A program made the position numbers and the translations under genes. Shown one piece after another: positions 143,168 to 153,912 of a DNA stretch of 248,000 bases. Numbering within the stretch: the stretch's first letter is position 1; every line of letters starts with the position of its first letter. The notes beneath the pieces are model-generated. The model was not told the DNA's origin. It saw nothing but the letters and a program-made list of their open reading frames with translations, and ran no database searches. The stretch is taken from assembly GCF_000737315.1 (NCBI RefSeq), contig NZ_JMCB01000008.1:20001-268000 (forward strand), written 5' to 3'. The stretch comes from Hyalangium minutum (GTDB lineage Bacteria > Myxococcota > Myxococcia > Myxococcales > Myxococcaceae).

Positions 143168-144247
143168 ATGGCTCCCATCCGAATTCTCGTGGCGGAAGGT
143201 TCCGCGGTCGCCCGGAGGGAGATCTCCCAGATGCTGGGCTCCGACTCGGAGCTGGAGGTGGTCGCCATCGCGCCCACCGGGCATATCGCGCTGGAGAAAG
143301 CCGAGCAGCTCCGCCCCGAGGTGATGGTGCTGGAGCTGACGCTGCCGGACATGAAGGGGATGGACGTGCTCAAGGCGGTGCGCCGGCAGTACCCCCGCCT
143401 GCCCGTGCTCATCTTCAGCGCGCTGGCGGAGAGCACCGGGAACATCACCATGGATGCGCTCGCCAATGGCGCGAGCGACTACATCACCAAGCCGACGACC
143501 TCCGGCGGTGTCCCCTTCCTGGAGCAGGCCCGGGAGCAGTTGATCACGAAGATCAAGGAGCTGCACTCGCGCATCCAGCCGGAGCCTCCGAAGGCGGCCC
143601 CGCTGCGCAAGCGGCACGAGCTGGCCAAGGCCCCCACCCGGCAGCCTCGCATTGGCGTGGTGGTGATTGGCGCCTCGACGGGCGGGCCCAACATGCTGGT
143701 CGAGGTGCTCTCTGCAATCCCCGGGGACTTCCCGGTGCCGGTGCTCATCGCCCAGCACATGCCCCCCGGCTTCACGAAGCTGTTCGCCGAGCGCCTGGAC
143801 ACACTGTCCCCGCTGCAGATCCGCGAGGCTCTGTCCGGAGAGCAGTTGCGCGCGGGACAGGTGTGGATTGCTCCGGGGGACTATCACATGGCGGTCACCC
143901 GCGACGGGCCGATGGTGCGGCTGCTGACGCACAAGGGCCCGCTGGAGAACTCCTGCCGGCCCGCGGTGGATGTGCTGTTCCGCACGGCCGCCGCGGCTTA
144001 CGGAGCGGGCGTACTGGCCGTGGTGATGACGGGCATGGGCCAGGACGGGATGAAGGGCAGCCAGGTGGTGAGCCAGGCCGGTGGGCGGATCATCGTCCAG
144101 GACCCGGACACGTGCGTCGTGGGGAGCATGCCGCAGGCGGTGCTCCAGGCGGGGCTGGCTCACCAGGTGGTGTCCCTGAAGAACCTGGGCCCAGAGATCG
144201 TCCGCCGCGTCCTGCAGACGCTGTCTCCGCACCAAACCGCCGGCTGA
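143168..144247 (+). CDS. cheB: Orphan CheB-type methylesterase
   Basis: ASTGGP, QHMP, RPAVD, MTGMG.DG; receiver lacks usual DD/D residues. Confidence 0.85.
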   Translation: MAPIRILVAEGSAVARREISQMLGSDSELEVVAIAPTGHIALEKAEQLRPEVMVLELTLPDMKGMDVLKAVRRQYPRLPVLIFSALAESTGNITMDALANGASDYITKPTTSGGVPFLEQAREQLITKIKELHSRIQPEPPKAAPLRKRHELAKAPTRQPRIGVVVIGASTGGPNMLVEVLSAIPGDFPVPVLIAQHMPPGFTKLFAERLDTLSPLQIREALSGEQLRAGQVWIAPGDYHMAVTRDGPMVRLLTHKGPLENSCRPAVDVLFRTAAAAYGAGVLAVVMTGMGQDGMKGSQVVSQAGGRIIVQDPDTCVVGSMPQAVLQAGLAHQVVSLKNLGPEIVRRVLQTLSPHQTAG

Positions 144248-144365
144248 AGTTCAGCCCGGGGCTTGGACGTCCTGCCGCGGAGCAGCCGAGAGAGCAGGCG
144301 CGCGCGTACTCATGCATACCTTCCCCCCAATCGTCCCCACTGACGGAGGACGAGTTGGTGGGGCG

Positions 144366-145349
144366 ATGGAGACCATTCAGGTTCCAATCATCGGGTGGAT
144401 TGCCTTCGGCGTGCTGGTGCTGGGACTGCTCGCTGTGGATCTGCTGGCCCACCGGAAGAAGCACGGCGAGTCCAAGCGCAGCGCCATGGCGTGGAGTGCT
144501 GGGTGGATCGCGCTCGGACTGAGCTTCAGCGTGTTTGTCTGGAAGATGTTCGGCGCGCAAGCCGCGCACGAGTACCTGGGCGCGTGGCTCATCGAGAAGA
144601 GCCTGAGCCTGGACAACCTCTTCGTCTTCCTCGTCATCTTCCGCAGCCTCAGTGTCCCCGAAGACGAGCAGCGGCGCGTGCTGTTCTGGGGCATCTTCGG
144701 GGCGCTGCTGTTCCGGGCCCTGTTCATCTTCGCGGGGGTGGAGGCGCTGGAGCACTGGCACGCCGTCGTCTACGTGTTCGGCGCGATTCTGCTCGTCACC
144801 GCCATCCGGGTCGCCTTCGAGGACCCGGCGCGCCAGCGCGAGAGCTCGGTGGTGCGGTGGCTCTCCCACCGGCTGCCGATCAGCGCGTCGGTGGATGGGC
144901 CGCACTTCTTCACCAAGCAGATGGGGAGGCGCATGGCAACGCCGCTGCTGGTGGCGCTGATCGCCATCGAGATCACGGACATCGCGTTCGCGGTCGACTC
145001 GGTGCCTGCGGCGCTGGCGGTGACCCAGAAACCCTTCCTTGTCTACACGTCGAACGTGTTCGCCATCCTCGGCTTGAGGGCGCTCTACATCGCGCTGGCA
145101 CATGTCATCTCGGAGCTGCGCTACCTGCACTATGGGCTCGCTGCGGTGCTGGCGTTCGCGGGGCTGAAGATGATTGTTCCGGACCGCTGGGTGCACGTGC
145201 CACCGCTGGCCTCGGCGCTGGTCGTCCTCGTGTGCATCGGAACCGCAGTCGCCGCGAGCCTCTGGTCCCGGGCCCGGAAGCGCAGGCGTGAACAGAAGCC
145301 CAAGAGCCCAGGGCCGGGAGAAGCTGGGCACCGCGAAGTCCCAGTCTGA
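144366..145349 (+). CDS. TerC/Alx family Mn exporter
   Basis: EKSLSLDN, FAVDSVPA, NVFAILGLR. Confidence 0.9.
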   Translation: METIQVPIIGWIAFGVLVLGLLAVDLLAHRKKHGESKRSAMAWSAGWIALGLSFSVFVWKMFGAQAAHEYLGAWLIEKSLSLDNLFVFLVIFRSLSVPEDEQRRVLFWGIFGALLFRALFIFAGVEALEHWHAVVYVFGAILLVTAIRVAFEDPARQRESSVVRWLSHRLPISASVDGPHFFTKQMGRRMATPLLVALIAIEITDIAFAVDSVPAALAVTQKPFLVYTSNVFAILGLRALYIALAHVISELRYLHYGLAAVLAFAGLKMIVPDRWVHVPPLASALVVLVCIGTAVAASLWSRARKRRREQKPKSPGPGEAGHREVPV

Positions 145350-145377
145350 AGCCCGGCACGGAGCCGAGGGACGCGCT

Positions 145378-145761
145378 ATGAAGAGGGGCATGAGGCACGT
145401 GTTCCAGAACGGCGAAGTGCTGGCGGCCAGCCTGCTCGTGGCATGCGCCGTGGGACCTCGGGAACTGCGCGACGAGGGCAGCGAGCGCATCGAGGAGGCC
145501 ATGCGTCCGGAACCGCACCCGGACGTGCTCCCAGAGGGAATCTTCCTGGGAGACGATGCGCCTCCGCTCGCGCCCTCGGAGTCCGAGGTAGCAAGTGCCA
145601 CGGGAGATGCGCCCTCAAATGCCGAGCCTCCGCAGCCTGGGTGGCTCTACGGCACCGTACCTGTGATTGTTCCGGGTCCGGTGTTCGGTCCGTCTCCCGG
145701 CGCCGTGCGCTACCACATCGAGCCCAAGCCCGGAGGCAGCATCCCAGGTTTGCTACCCTGA
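145378..145761 (+). CDS. Hypothetical lipoprotein
   Basis: LVAC lipobox, Pro-rich. Confidence 0.4.
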   Translation: MKRGMRHVFQNGEVLAASLLVACAVGPRELRDEGSERIEEAMRPEPHPDVLPEGIFLGDDAPPLAPSESEVASATGDAPSNAEPPQPGWLYGTVPVIVPGPVFGPSPGAVRYHIEPKPGGSIPGLLP

Positions 145762-145791
145762 GCCTCCCTAACATTCTGGAGAGGTCTCCCC

Positions 145792-145990
145792 ATGGTTTCT
145801 GAGGGGTCCTATAGCCCGCGTTTCTTCGTCCTTGAACAGGACATATTCGGGCCCCACGACACCAAGTTCGACACGACCGGGGCTGTCATTTTGGGAGACG
145901 CTCCGCGGTGCCCACGATGTGGTGCTCCCATCGGCATGCGGACGTGGCTGCCTCCCTATCGTGTCGAGCTTGAGTTGCACGGCCGCACTC
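145792..145990 (+). pseudogene. N-terminal fragment of myxobacterial immunity-like (CxxCG) protein
   Basis: RFFVLE...GPHDT...DAPRCPRCG...WLPPYRVELEL, then homology ends. Confidence 0.5.
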
Positions 145991-146080
145991 CGAGAAGCCG
146001 ACCTCACTCGGCGTCAAATTGTCCTGGCATACTCCAGAACGGGCCACCCTTGACCCACGGCCCCGCTTGAATGAAAGGAC

Positions 146081-147010
146081 GTGGCCATGCGTCTCCGGAC
146101 GTGCAGCGCCCCCCTGCTCCTGCTCCTTCTCTCGGCCTGCGCAACGATGGATCCGATCCCGGGAGAACCGGAGGACCCGAGCCCGAGACTCACCAACCTT
146201 CAGCGGGCGGCGCTCTACCCCTGGACGGACGACGGGCATTGCGTGGTGCGCGAAGCCGCGAACGAATGGCCCGTCCTGGCGGAGCGGTGCTTTCACGCTC
146301 TTGATCGCGACAGAGTCAGGTTTCGGGACGTCACAAAAAGATGCGCTGTCGCCTCTGCGGTTGCGGCTGCCGTGCCCATGAGCGTAGCGCTCTGCATCTT
146401 CGCGTCGCCGGCAGTGGTAACTGGAGCGGTGATTGTGATTGGCGCGGTGGTGGTGGCAGCCGCCATCCAAGAGGGGATTGATACCTATCAACGAAACGCA
146501 TCCCGCGAGCGCGCGAAGACCAAGACTCAGACACAGCCCTCCAGTGAGCAGGAGCCCGTAGCGAACAGAGATCCCAAACCGAAGGGCTTGGGTCGAGACT
146601 GGCTCCCTCCCATTTCATCCGATCCCTCGGAGCGACCTGAGTGCAGGACGATCCCAGGACCTCCCCGTGGAGGAAACGAGCCGCATAACGAGTGTGCCAA
146701 CAAGGTTCCAGGCAACGATTTCCCCGGCCTGAATGTACTTATCACCGGCAAGAGCACAAGTAAGAGCTTCGATGCGCTGGTACTCGCTACGCGCACGCTG
146801 TGGGAAGTTAAAACCTACAACCTTGGCCACCAATCACCCCGCTCTCGGAAATTCCTTGTCGAAGTCAAATTGCCGCAACTCAGAGAAGAAGCCAAGCTTG
146901 CCAAGGAATGTGGCTATAACTTCGTCGTTGGCGTCACGAGCGCTGAGCACAAGGCGCTACTCCAGAGCTTGGAACCGAGCCTCGCGGTCGTTGTCATGGA
147001 TTGGTGCTGA
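146081..147010 (+). CDS. DUF6310-like lipoprotein toxin (PD-(D/E)xK)
   Basis: LSAC lipobox, hydrophobic hairpin, SFDAL...WEVKT. Confidence 0.7.
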   Translation: MAMRLRTCSAPLLLLLLSACATMDPIPGEPEDPSPRLTNLQRAALYPWTDDGHCVVREAANEWPVLAERCFHALDRDRVRFRDVTKRCAVASAVAAAVPMSVALCIFASPAVVTGAVIVIGAVVVAAAIQEGIDTYQRNASRERAKTKTQTQPSSEQEPVANRDPKPKGLGRDWLPPISSDPSERPECRTIPGPPRGGNEPHNECANKVPGNDFPGLNVLITGKSTSKSFDALVLATRTLWEVKTYNLGHQSPRSRKFLVEVKLPQLREEAKLAKECGYNFVVGVTSAEHKALLQSLEPSLAVVVMDWC

Positions 147011-147011
147011 C

Positions 147012-147773
147012 GTGGTGCTTGTTCGCAACGAAATTGTTATCAGCGTCTATGCGCCGACGCTCGTGGGCGACGAGACACGCCCTCTTGCCATCGCTCAAGG
147101 AATGGAGCGTGCGCTTCCTGGTCTGCGGCTGGGGTGGACAACTTCTGAAAAGGAAGACCTCATCCCATTGCCTCACCGCGATCAGGGGATAGCGACAGAC
147201 AAGGGAAACGGCGATTTTTTCTTCCTCTGCAACGATGACGAAGATCGCTTGGTGACCCTTAGCGGGTCGGTGAACCCTCTCGGCCTTGCAGCCGACGGTG
147301 TGTCGCACTTCGAGGTTCATGCGAGCCTGCCGCTCGACACGGCGAGTATTGCGGCGGCAGCGGATATGCTGGCAGCCATAGGGGAATTCGCGCTCGCGTT
147401 ATGGGGGCATGCGACGCCGTTCAACGCGGGTGTGGAGATCGCAAAGCAGACGAGTCCCACGTTGGCTGGGCCCCCGTGCCCTCCCCGGGGACTGCCAGCG
147501 CTCAAACTCCCCGACAAGATCCGCTCACCTGAGATTCCGCATCGCCTGGGGTGGCTGAACTACTGGTCGGCCGCTTCCGCACGAACCATCGGGTTCCCGG
147601 ACCCGGCCTGCGATGCCGATCTGCTCACGCGAGCGCGGCGCACGGCGTCAGGCGGGTGGGTCGTGCAGCTCACGGATGCGCCGCTCGATCTCGACAACCC
147701 CGCTCACCTGGACGCGCTGAAGCGGGCCTATGAGCGCTTCCCGGAGATCGGCGGACGCGCCGATCCACGCTGA
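147012..147773 (+). CDS. DUF5953-like immunity protein
   Basis: C-terminus nearly identical to 77663-78421. Confidence 0.7.
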   Translation: MVLVRNEIVISVYAPTLVGDETRPLAIAQGMERALPGLRLGWTTSEKEDLIPLPHRDQGIATDKGNGDFFFLCNDDEDRLVTLSGSVNPLGLAADGVSHFEVHASLPLDTASIAAAADMLAAIGEFALALWGHATPFNAGVEIAKQTSPTLAGPPCPPRGLPALKLPDKIRSPEIPHRLGWLNYWSAASARTIGFPDPACDADLLTRARRTASGGWVVQLTDAPLDLDNPAHLDALKRAYERFPEIGGRADPR

Positions 147774-147862
147774 CTGAGGCTAACGCGCGTTTCCCGGCGC
147801 GTGTCCACGAGGCCCGAGCTTGGGCGGCAGACGGTCATCGTCCCGGGCGCCGAATACGCAGT

Positions 147863-149059
147863 TCAAGTTCCAAGGAACTCGCGGTGCAACCGGGCCGTGA
147901 GCGGCTTCAGGTACGCCTTGTCCACCAGCAGCGACAGCTGCAGCGGCGAGGTGTGGACCGCGTGAACCCGCGCCCCCAGTTCCTCCGCCGCCAGCAGGGC
148001 GCGGCTCAGATACCCCCAGTCCGCGTTGATGCCCGCCCCCACACACGTCACCGTGCCCACCTGCTCCTGCAGCGACACGTCGTCACCGAAGCGCGTGGCC
148101 AGATCCTTCTGCACCGCCTCCAGCCCGTGCACGTCCTGCAGCGGCACCGCGATATAGGCCCGTGGCTCGCGGCCCAGCAGCCCGTCGAAGCTCAGCGCCC
148201 GGCCTCGCACGCCCCGCGCGTCCAGGAACTCGAGCAACTCCGGCAGCCGCACCCGCTCCGAGGCCGCTGACAGCACCGCCATCTCCTGCTCCGCCGTCAC
148301 GCCTTTCACCCGCGTGTCCGCTGGGCCCGCCAGTTCCTGCACCGCCGTGCCCGTCCCCTGCCCGTGCGCCGTGCGCGCCAGGATGACGATCCCCTTCGCC
148401 TTGGCGAACTCCACTGCCTGCGCGTTGAGCACCTTTGCCCCCGCGCTCGCCAGCTCCTGCATCTCATCGTACGTGAGCGACTCCAGCTTGCGCGCGTCCG
148501 GCACCACCCGTGGGTCCGCCGAGAAGATGCCATCCACGTCCGAGTAGATCTCACACGCCTCGGCCTCGAGCGCCGCCGCCAGCGCCACCGCCGTCGTGTC
148601 CGAGCCACCACGCCCCAGCGTCGTCACCTCCTTCTTATAGGAGACGCCCTGGTACCCTGCGACGATGACCACCTTGCCCCGATCCAGCTCCTCGAAGACC
148701 CGGTAAGGGCGTACCTCCACGATGCGCGCCTGCGAATGCGTGTCGTTGGTGATGATGCCACTCTGGCTGCCCGTGAAGCTGATGGCCGGCACTTCCAGCT
148801 CCTGAAGCGCCATGGACAGCAGCGCCATGGAGATGCGCTCGCCGCACGTCAGCAGCATGTCCAGTTCGCGCCGCGGAGGGTCGGGCGACACCTGCTTGGC
148901 CAGCGAGAGCAGGTCGTCCGTGGTGTCCCCCATGGCGGAGACGACGACCACTACCTGGTAGCCCGCCTCGCGCTTGGCTTTCACGCGCTGAGCCACCTTG
149001 CGAATCTTCTCCACATCCGCGACCGACGAGCCGCCGTACTTCTGGACCACGATGGGCAT
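147863..149059 (-). CDS. Aspartate kinase
   Basis: [21 protein letters not shown]. Confidence 0.92.
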   Translation of the reverse strand: MPIVVQKYGGSSVADVEKIRKVAQRVKAKREAGYQVVVVVSAMGDTTDDLLSLAKQVSPDPPRRELDMLLTCGERISMALLSMALQELEVPAISFTGSQSGIITNDTHSQARIVEVRPYRVFEELDRGKVVIVAGYQGVSYKKEVTTLGRGGSDTTAVALAAALEAEACEIYSDVDGIFSADPRVVPDARKLESLTYDEMQELASAGAKVLNAQAVEFAKAKGIVILARTAHGQGTGTAVQELAGPADTRVKGVTAEQEMAVLSAASERVRLPELLEFLDARGVRGRALSFDGLLGREPRAYIAVPLQDVHGLEAVQKDLATRFGDDVSLQEQVGTVTCVGAGINADWGYLSRALLAAEELGARVHAVHTSPLQLSLLVDKAYLKPLTARLHREFLGT

Positions 149060-149214
149060 ATCCGCCTCGTTACCTTGTTGGGCGTGGCCGGGAAACCACA
149101 CCGAGAGACTTCCATGCAGGACGCCGGCCAACAGCACGCACGGTCTGACCGAGCAACCGGCCGACTCCTTGACAGGTTGGGATCCCCCCATATACCCAGG
149201 CCGGAGGCTTCCCC

Positions 149215-149943
149215 ATGGCGATGATTGAGGTTCAGAACCTCACGAAGCGGTACCGGGACCGGAGTGCCATCGAGGGACTCACCTTCAGCGTCAACGAAGG
149301 GGAGATCCTGGGCTTCCTGGGTCCCAACGGAGCGGGCAAGTCCACGACCATGAAGATCCTCACCGGGTTCCTGCCCCCGTCCATGGGCACGGCCAAGGTG
149401 GCGGGCTTCGATGTCTTCGAGCAGCCGCTCGAGGTGAAGCGTCGCATCGGCTACCTGCCAGAGACGCCGCCGCTCTACCCGGAGATGACGGTGCGCGGGT
149501 ACCTGAAGTTCGTCGCCGAGCTCAAGAAGGTCCCCGGCCGCGGACTGAAGGCCGAGCTCGACCGGGTGGCGGGCCTCACCGGGCTGTCGGACATCATGGA
149601 CCGCGTCATCCAGAACCTCTCCAAGGGCTACAAGCAGCGCGTGGGCATCGCGCAGGCCCTGCTCGGCTCGCCGCCGGTCCTCATCCTCGACGAGCCCACC
149701 GAGGGGCTCGACCCTTCGCAGCGCGCCGACGTGCGCTCCCTCATCAAGGGGCTCGCGGGCAAGCACACCCTCATCCTCTCCACGCACATCCTGCCGGAGG
149801 TGACGATGACGTGTGAGAAGGTGCTCATCATCCACCAGGGGAAGATGGTCGCCTACGACGAGATCCAGAAGCTCGTCTCCGTGCACGGACAGGCGGCCAA
149901 CGTCTCGCTCGAAGAGATCTTCATCAAGCTCACGGCGGCCTGA
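149215..149943 (+). CDS. ABC ATPase (GldA-like)
   Basis: [17 protein letters not shown]. Confidence 0.88.
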   Translation: MAMIEVQNLTKRYRDRSAIEGLTFSVNEGEILGFLGPNGAGKSTTMKILTGFLPPSMGTAKVAGFDVFEQPLEVKRRIGYLPETPPLYPEMTVRGYLKFVAELKKVPGRGLKAELDRVAGLTGLSDIMDRVIQNLSKGYKQRVGIAQALLGSPPVLILDEPTEGLDPSQRADVRSLIKGLAGKHTLILSTHILPEVTMTCEKVLIIHQGKMVAYDEIQKLVSVHGQAANVSLEEIFIKLTAA

Positions 149944-149976
149944 GGGCCCCCTCCCCCGTTCCCGAGAGGATTTCCC

Positions 149977-150780
149977 ATGCGCACCGCCTTGGCGATCGCC
150001 CGCAAGGAGCTGTCCATCTACTTCACCACCCCGTGGGCCTACGTGGTCTTCACGGCCATGGTGGCGCTGTCCTCGTTCTTCTTCATGGGCCTGCTGCAGG
150101 CCTTCCAGCAGGTGCAGGAGATGGCCCAGGCCGTCGGCTGGAACCAGCTGCCCCCAGACGCCGCCAGCTACCGCAACCTCACCGACGGCGTCGTCGTCCA
150201 GCTGTGGGGCGTGGTCCTCATCGTCACGCTCTTCGTGGCGCCCTTCCTCTCCATGCGCCTGTTCGCCGAGGAGAAGCGCAACAAGACCTTCGAGCTGCTG
150301 ATGACGACGCCCGTGCGTCCCTTCGAACTCGTGCTGGGCAAGTACCTGGGCGGGCTGGGCATCATCTCCGCCACGTTGGGGCTCACCATCGTCTTTCCGC
150401 TCATGCTGACGGTATTCGGAGCGAGCGAGACAGGCTCGGTGCTGGAGTGGCCCACGGTGCTGCTCGGCTATGGGGCGGTGCTGCTGTGGGGCGCGACGTG
150501 CATGGCGGTGGGCATGTTCATCTCCGCGCTCACCGAGAGCCAGATGGTCGCCGCGCTGCTCACCTTCGCGGTGATGCTGCCGTGGATGCTGCTGCGCGGG
150601 CTGGCACAGGGCGTGGAGGAGCCCCTGCACTCGCTCATCACCTACCTGGCCTTCGACTCGCAGCTGTCGAACCTCATCAAGGGCGTGCTGGATCTCAAGG
150701 CGCTCGTGTTCTTCCTGTCCGTCATCCTCTTCTCGCTGCTGCTCACCCATCGCACCGTGGAGGCTCAGCGCTGGGCGTAG
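149977..150780 (+). CDS. ABC permease (GldF-like)
   Basis: SMRLFAEEK...ELLMT.P. Confidence 0.8.
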   Translation: MRTALAIARKELSIYFTTPWAYVVFTAMVALSSFFFMGLLQAFQQVQEMAQAVGWNQLPPDAASYRNLTDGVVVQLWGVVLIVTLFVAPFLSMRLFAEEKRNKTFELLMTTPVRPFELVLGKYLGGLGIISATLGLTIVFPLMLTVFGASETGSVLEWPTVLLGYGAVLLWGATCMAVGMFISALTESQMVAALLTFAVMLPWMLLRGLAQGVEEPLHSLITYLAFDSQLSNLIKGVLDLKALVFFLSVILFSLLLTHRTVEAQRWA

Positions 150781-150798
150781 CCCTGGCGCGAGGAACCC

Positions 150799-152370
150799 AT
150801 GAACTTCTCCTCTGTCGGAAAGATTCTCGGTGCGCTCGGGCTCCTGCTGCTGCTGTCGAGCCCGTTCACCCTGTTCTTCACCTCGGGCTCCGTGGCGCTC
150901 ACGGCGGCCAAGGCTGTGTCGGGCCTCGTGCTGCTGGGCATCTACTTCGCCACCAACTTCCAGCAGTTCGGCCAGTTCGCCACGCGGCGCTCCAGCTTCT
151001 TCTTCGCCACCTCCATGCTGATGGGAGTGGTGACACTGGGCGGGCTGGGCGCGCTCAACTACATCGCGTTCAAGAAGAACAAGAGCTGGGACCTGACGAA
151101 GCAGAAGGTCTTCACCCTGGCGCCGCAGACGACCACCACGCTCACCGGGCTCAAGGAGAAGGTGCGCGCCATCGGCTTCATGCCTCCCAGCCACCAGTAC
151201 TACGACATGGTGGAGCAGCTCTTCCGGCGCTACCAGGCTGCGGCCCCCGACAAGTTCGAGTACTCCTTCAAGGATCCCGCGCGTCACCCGGATCTGGCGG
151301 CCAAGTACCAGCTCAAAGAGGGCCAGACCACGGTGGTGCTCGTGCGCGGCGAGGGCGACAAGGAGTCGCACACCACCCTCAACATGCTCTCCGAGCAGGA
151401 CCTCACCAACGCCCTCATCAAGATCAACTCGGTGGGCTCGCAGAAGGTGTACTTCCTCACCGGCCACGGCGAGTGGCCACTGGAGGCCGAGGCCGCCGCG
151501 CCGGGCGATCCCGGTGGAGCGCTCTCGGAGTTCCGCAAGCACCTGCTCCAGGAGGGCTACACCGCCGAGGAGCTGAACCTGGCAGGGCAGAAGGAGGTCC
151601 CCCGGGACGCGTCGCTGGTGATCATTCCCGGCGCGAAGACGCCCTACACGGCGCCGGAGGCGGAGGCGCTGCGCCAGTACCTCGCGCAGGGTGGGCGGAT
151701 GCTCTACTTCGCGGACTTCAACGCCGAGCCGAAGCTGGACGCGCTCCTGGCCGAGTACGGCGTCGAGGTGGACAAGGGCATCGCCGCGGACCCGCAGTTC
151801 AACAGCGGCAACCCCTATGCACTGGTCTCCGCCTTCTACAGCGAGCACGAGCTGACCCGGCCCCTGCGCCAGCTCAAGCTCAACATCGAGTTCCCCACGG
151901 CGCGCAGCCTCACGGTGCTGCGCCAGGGCATGGCCGAGGGCGTCAAGGCCGAGCCCGTGGTGCTCTCCTCCCCCTTCGCGTGGGTGGAGACGACGCCGGC
152001 CGCGGACGCCACCCCCTCGGATGGCGAGAAGTCCGGCCAGCTCGTCCTGGTGGCCGCCGCCACGCGGGACACGAAGAACGCCCCGGACAAGCGCTTCGAT
152101 GAGGCGCGCGTGGTGGTGATGGGTGACTCGGAGATCCTCCTGGACGCCAACTGGGGCCACGAGGCCAACCGCAACCTCGTGCTGAATGCGCTCGGCTGGG
152201 CGTCGAACCAGGTCGAGAAGATCACCATCCGCCCGCCGGACCGCGACGTGTCCACATTGCAGATGGATCCGGACATGCTGGAGAACATCCGCTTCGTGTC
152301 CACGGACCTGCTGCCCCTGACCCTCATGGGCATGGGGCTGGCCATCTGGCTGTCGAGGCGAAACAAGTGA
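150799..152370 (+). CDS. GldG-like ABC auxiliary protein
   Basis: WDLT, YFLTGHGE, GDS. Confidence 0.8.
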   Translation: MNFSSVGKILGALGLLLLLSSPFTLFFTSGSVALTAAKAVSGLVLLGIYFATNFQQFGQFATRRSSFFFATSMLMGVVTLGGLGALNYIAFKKNKSWDLTKQKVFTLAPQTTTTLTGLKEKVRAIGFMPPSHQYYDMVEQLFRRYQAAAPDKFEYSFKDPARHPDLAAKYQLKEGQTTVVLVRGEGDKESHTTLNMLSEQDLTNALIKINSVGSQKVYFLTGHGEWPLEAEAAAPGDPGGALSEFRKHLLQEGYTAEELNLAGQKEVPRDASLVIIPGAKTPYTAPEAEALRQYLAQGGRMLYFADFNAEPKLDALLAEYGVEVDKGIAADPQFNSGNPYALVSAFYSEHELTRPLRQLKLNIEFPTARSLTVLRQGMAEGVKAEPVVLSSPFAWVETTPAADATPSDGEKSGQLVLVAAATRDTKNAPDKRFDEARVVVMGDSEILLDANWGHEANRNLVLNALGWASNQVEKITIRPPDRDVSTLQMDPDMLENIRFVSTDLLPLTLMGMGLAIWLSRRNK

Positions 152371-153911
152371 AGCAGACCCAAAAGAACCTCGTCACCCTGG
152401 TGCTGGCCACCGCCGCCGCTGCGGGCCTGGGCCTCTACGCGTACTTCGGAGTGAAGGAGCCGGAGCGGAAGGAGGCCGTGCGCAAGGAACAAGCCGAGAA
152501 GCTCTTCGCTCCCGAGACTCCCGGCGAGAAGCCCACTCAGGGCGCCACCGCTCCTGCGGCCGTCTTCACGCAGCTCACCGTCCAGTCCAAGGGCATCACC
152601 GCGACGCTGGAGCGCCAAGGCACCACGTGGTTCCTCACCGCTCCGGTGAAGGGCAAGGCGGACAAGCCCACCGTGGAGGGCATCCTCGCCCAGCTGCACG
152701 CCGGTAAGTTCAAGGCCACCGTCGAGGAGGCTCCCACCGACGAGGACCTCAAGAAGTACGGCCTCCTGCCTCCCGTGTTCTCGGTGGCGGCGAAGGCCTA
152801 TGTCCCGGACGCCTCAGGCGGTGGTCAGGACGATCCCGCGCGCCAGCGCACGGTGACGCTGCTCGGCGGCATCGAGAACACCTTCGATGGCTCCCTGTAC
152901 GTGCGCCGCGATGGCGACCCACGCGTGTACTCCGCGGATGGCTCCGTGCGCTACGCACTGGAGAAGGATCTGTACGCGCTGCGTGACAAGGAGTTCCTGG
153001 GGTTCGAAGAGGCCTCGCTGAAGGCGATCGAGGTGAAGACCCCAGCGACCAGCTACTCGCTGGAGCGGGAGGCGGATAAGTCCTGGCGGTTGACGAAGCC
153101 CCTGACGGTGCGCGCGGACGGAGAGCGCGTGAAGAAGGCCCTTCTGGCCCTCAAGGAGCAGCGTGCGCTCTCCTTCCCCATGGACTCCGCCGCGGAGCGC
153201 TCGAAGCTGGGCCTGGACAAGCCCGTGGTGGAGGCACGCTTCACGCTCGACCCGGGCGATCCCGTGCGGCTGCGGTTCTCCCTGGTCCCCGAAGGCTCCG
153301 GAGCGAAGGTGTATGCGCTGCGCGAGCAGGGCTCGGAGGCGACGCTCGCTGAGGTCCCCGAAGGCGCGCTCACCGTGCTGAACCTGAGCCTCCCAGAACT
153401 GCGGACCAAGACCGTGCTGAGCTTCAAGCGCGAGGACGTGAAGCGCATCGTCTTCTACCCGGGCGCTGGGGCACCGCCGGCGGTTCTGTCCAACAAGAAC
153501 CCGGCCGCGAACGCGCTGCAGGGCTGGGAGCTGGAGGAGCCCATCACGGGCAAGGTCGAGGGGCTCAAGGTGGCCTCGCTGCTCAGCCTCCTGAGCAGCG
153601 TCAAGGCCTCCAGCTTCGGCGAAGCCAACCCGAAGTGGGAGCAGTACGGCATCACCGACAACGCTCGCAGCTTCTCGCTGCAGGACACGAGCGGCAAGGA
153701 GCTGGCACGGCTGTGGCTTGGCGGCGCGGTGCCGAACAAGGAAGGATCTGTCTACGCCCGGGGATCCAACCCCGAAGTGGCCGAGGTGGAGGCAGCGTGG
153801 CTGGCCCACCTCCCCGAGCGCGCCGAGGACTTCTTGCAGGCCTCCGCCACCGCTGGAACGGACGGTGGCACCCCCGACACGGACGGTGGAGTTCCTGAGG
153901 ACTCGCCCTGA
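152367..153911 (+). CDS. DUF4340 domain protein
   Basis: TM, YGL..P, LRDK repeats; usual partner of GldG. Confidence 0.7.
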   Translation: MKQTQKNLVTLVLATAAAAGLGLYAYFGVKEPERKEAVRKEQAEKLFAPETPGEKPTQGATAPAAVFTQLTVQSKGITATLERQGTTWFLTAPVKGKADKPTVEGILAQLHAGKFKATVEEAPTDEDLKKYGLLPPVFSVAAKAYVPDASGGGQDDPARQRTVTLLGGIENTFDGSLYVRRDGDPRVYSADGSVRYALEKDLYALRDKEFLGFEEASLKAIEVKTPATSYSLEREADKSWRLTKPLTVRADGERVKKALLALKEQRALSFPMDSAAERSKLGLDKPVVEARFTLDPGDPVRLRFSLVPEGSGAKVYALREQGSEATLAEVPEGALTVLNLSLPELRTKTVLSFKREDVKRIVFYPGAGAPPAVLSNKNPAANALQGWELEEPITGKVEGLKVASLLSLLSSVKASSFGEANPKWEQYGITDNARSFSLQDTSGKELARLWLGGAVPNKEGSVYARGSNPEVAEVEAAWLAHLPERAEDFLQASATAGTDGGTPDTDGGVPEDSP

Positions 153912-153912
153912 G

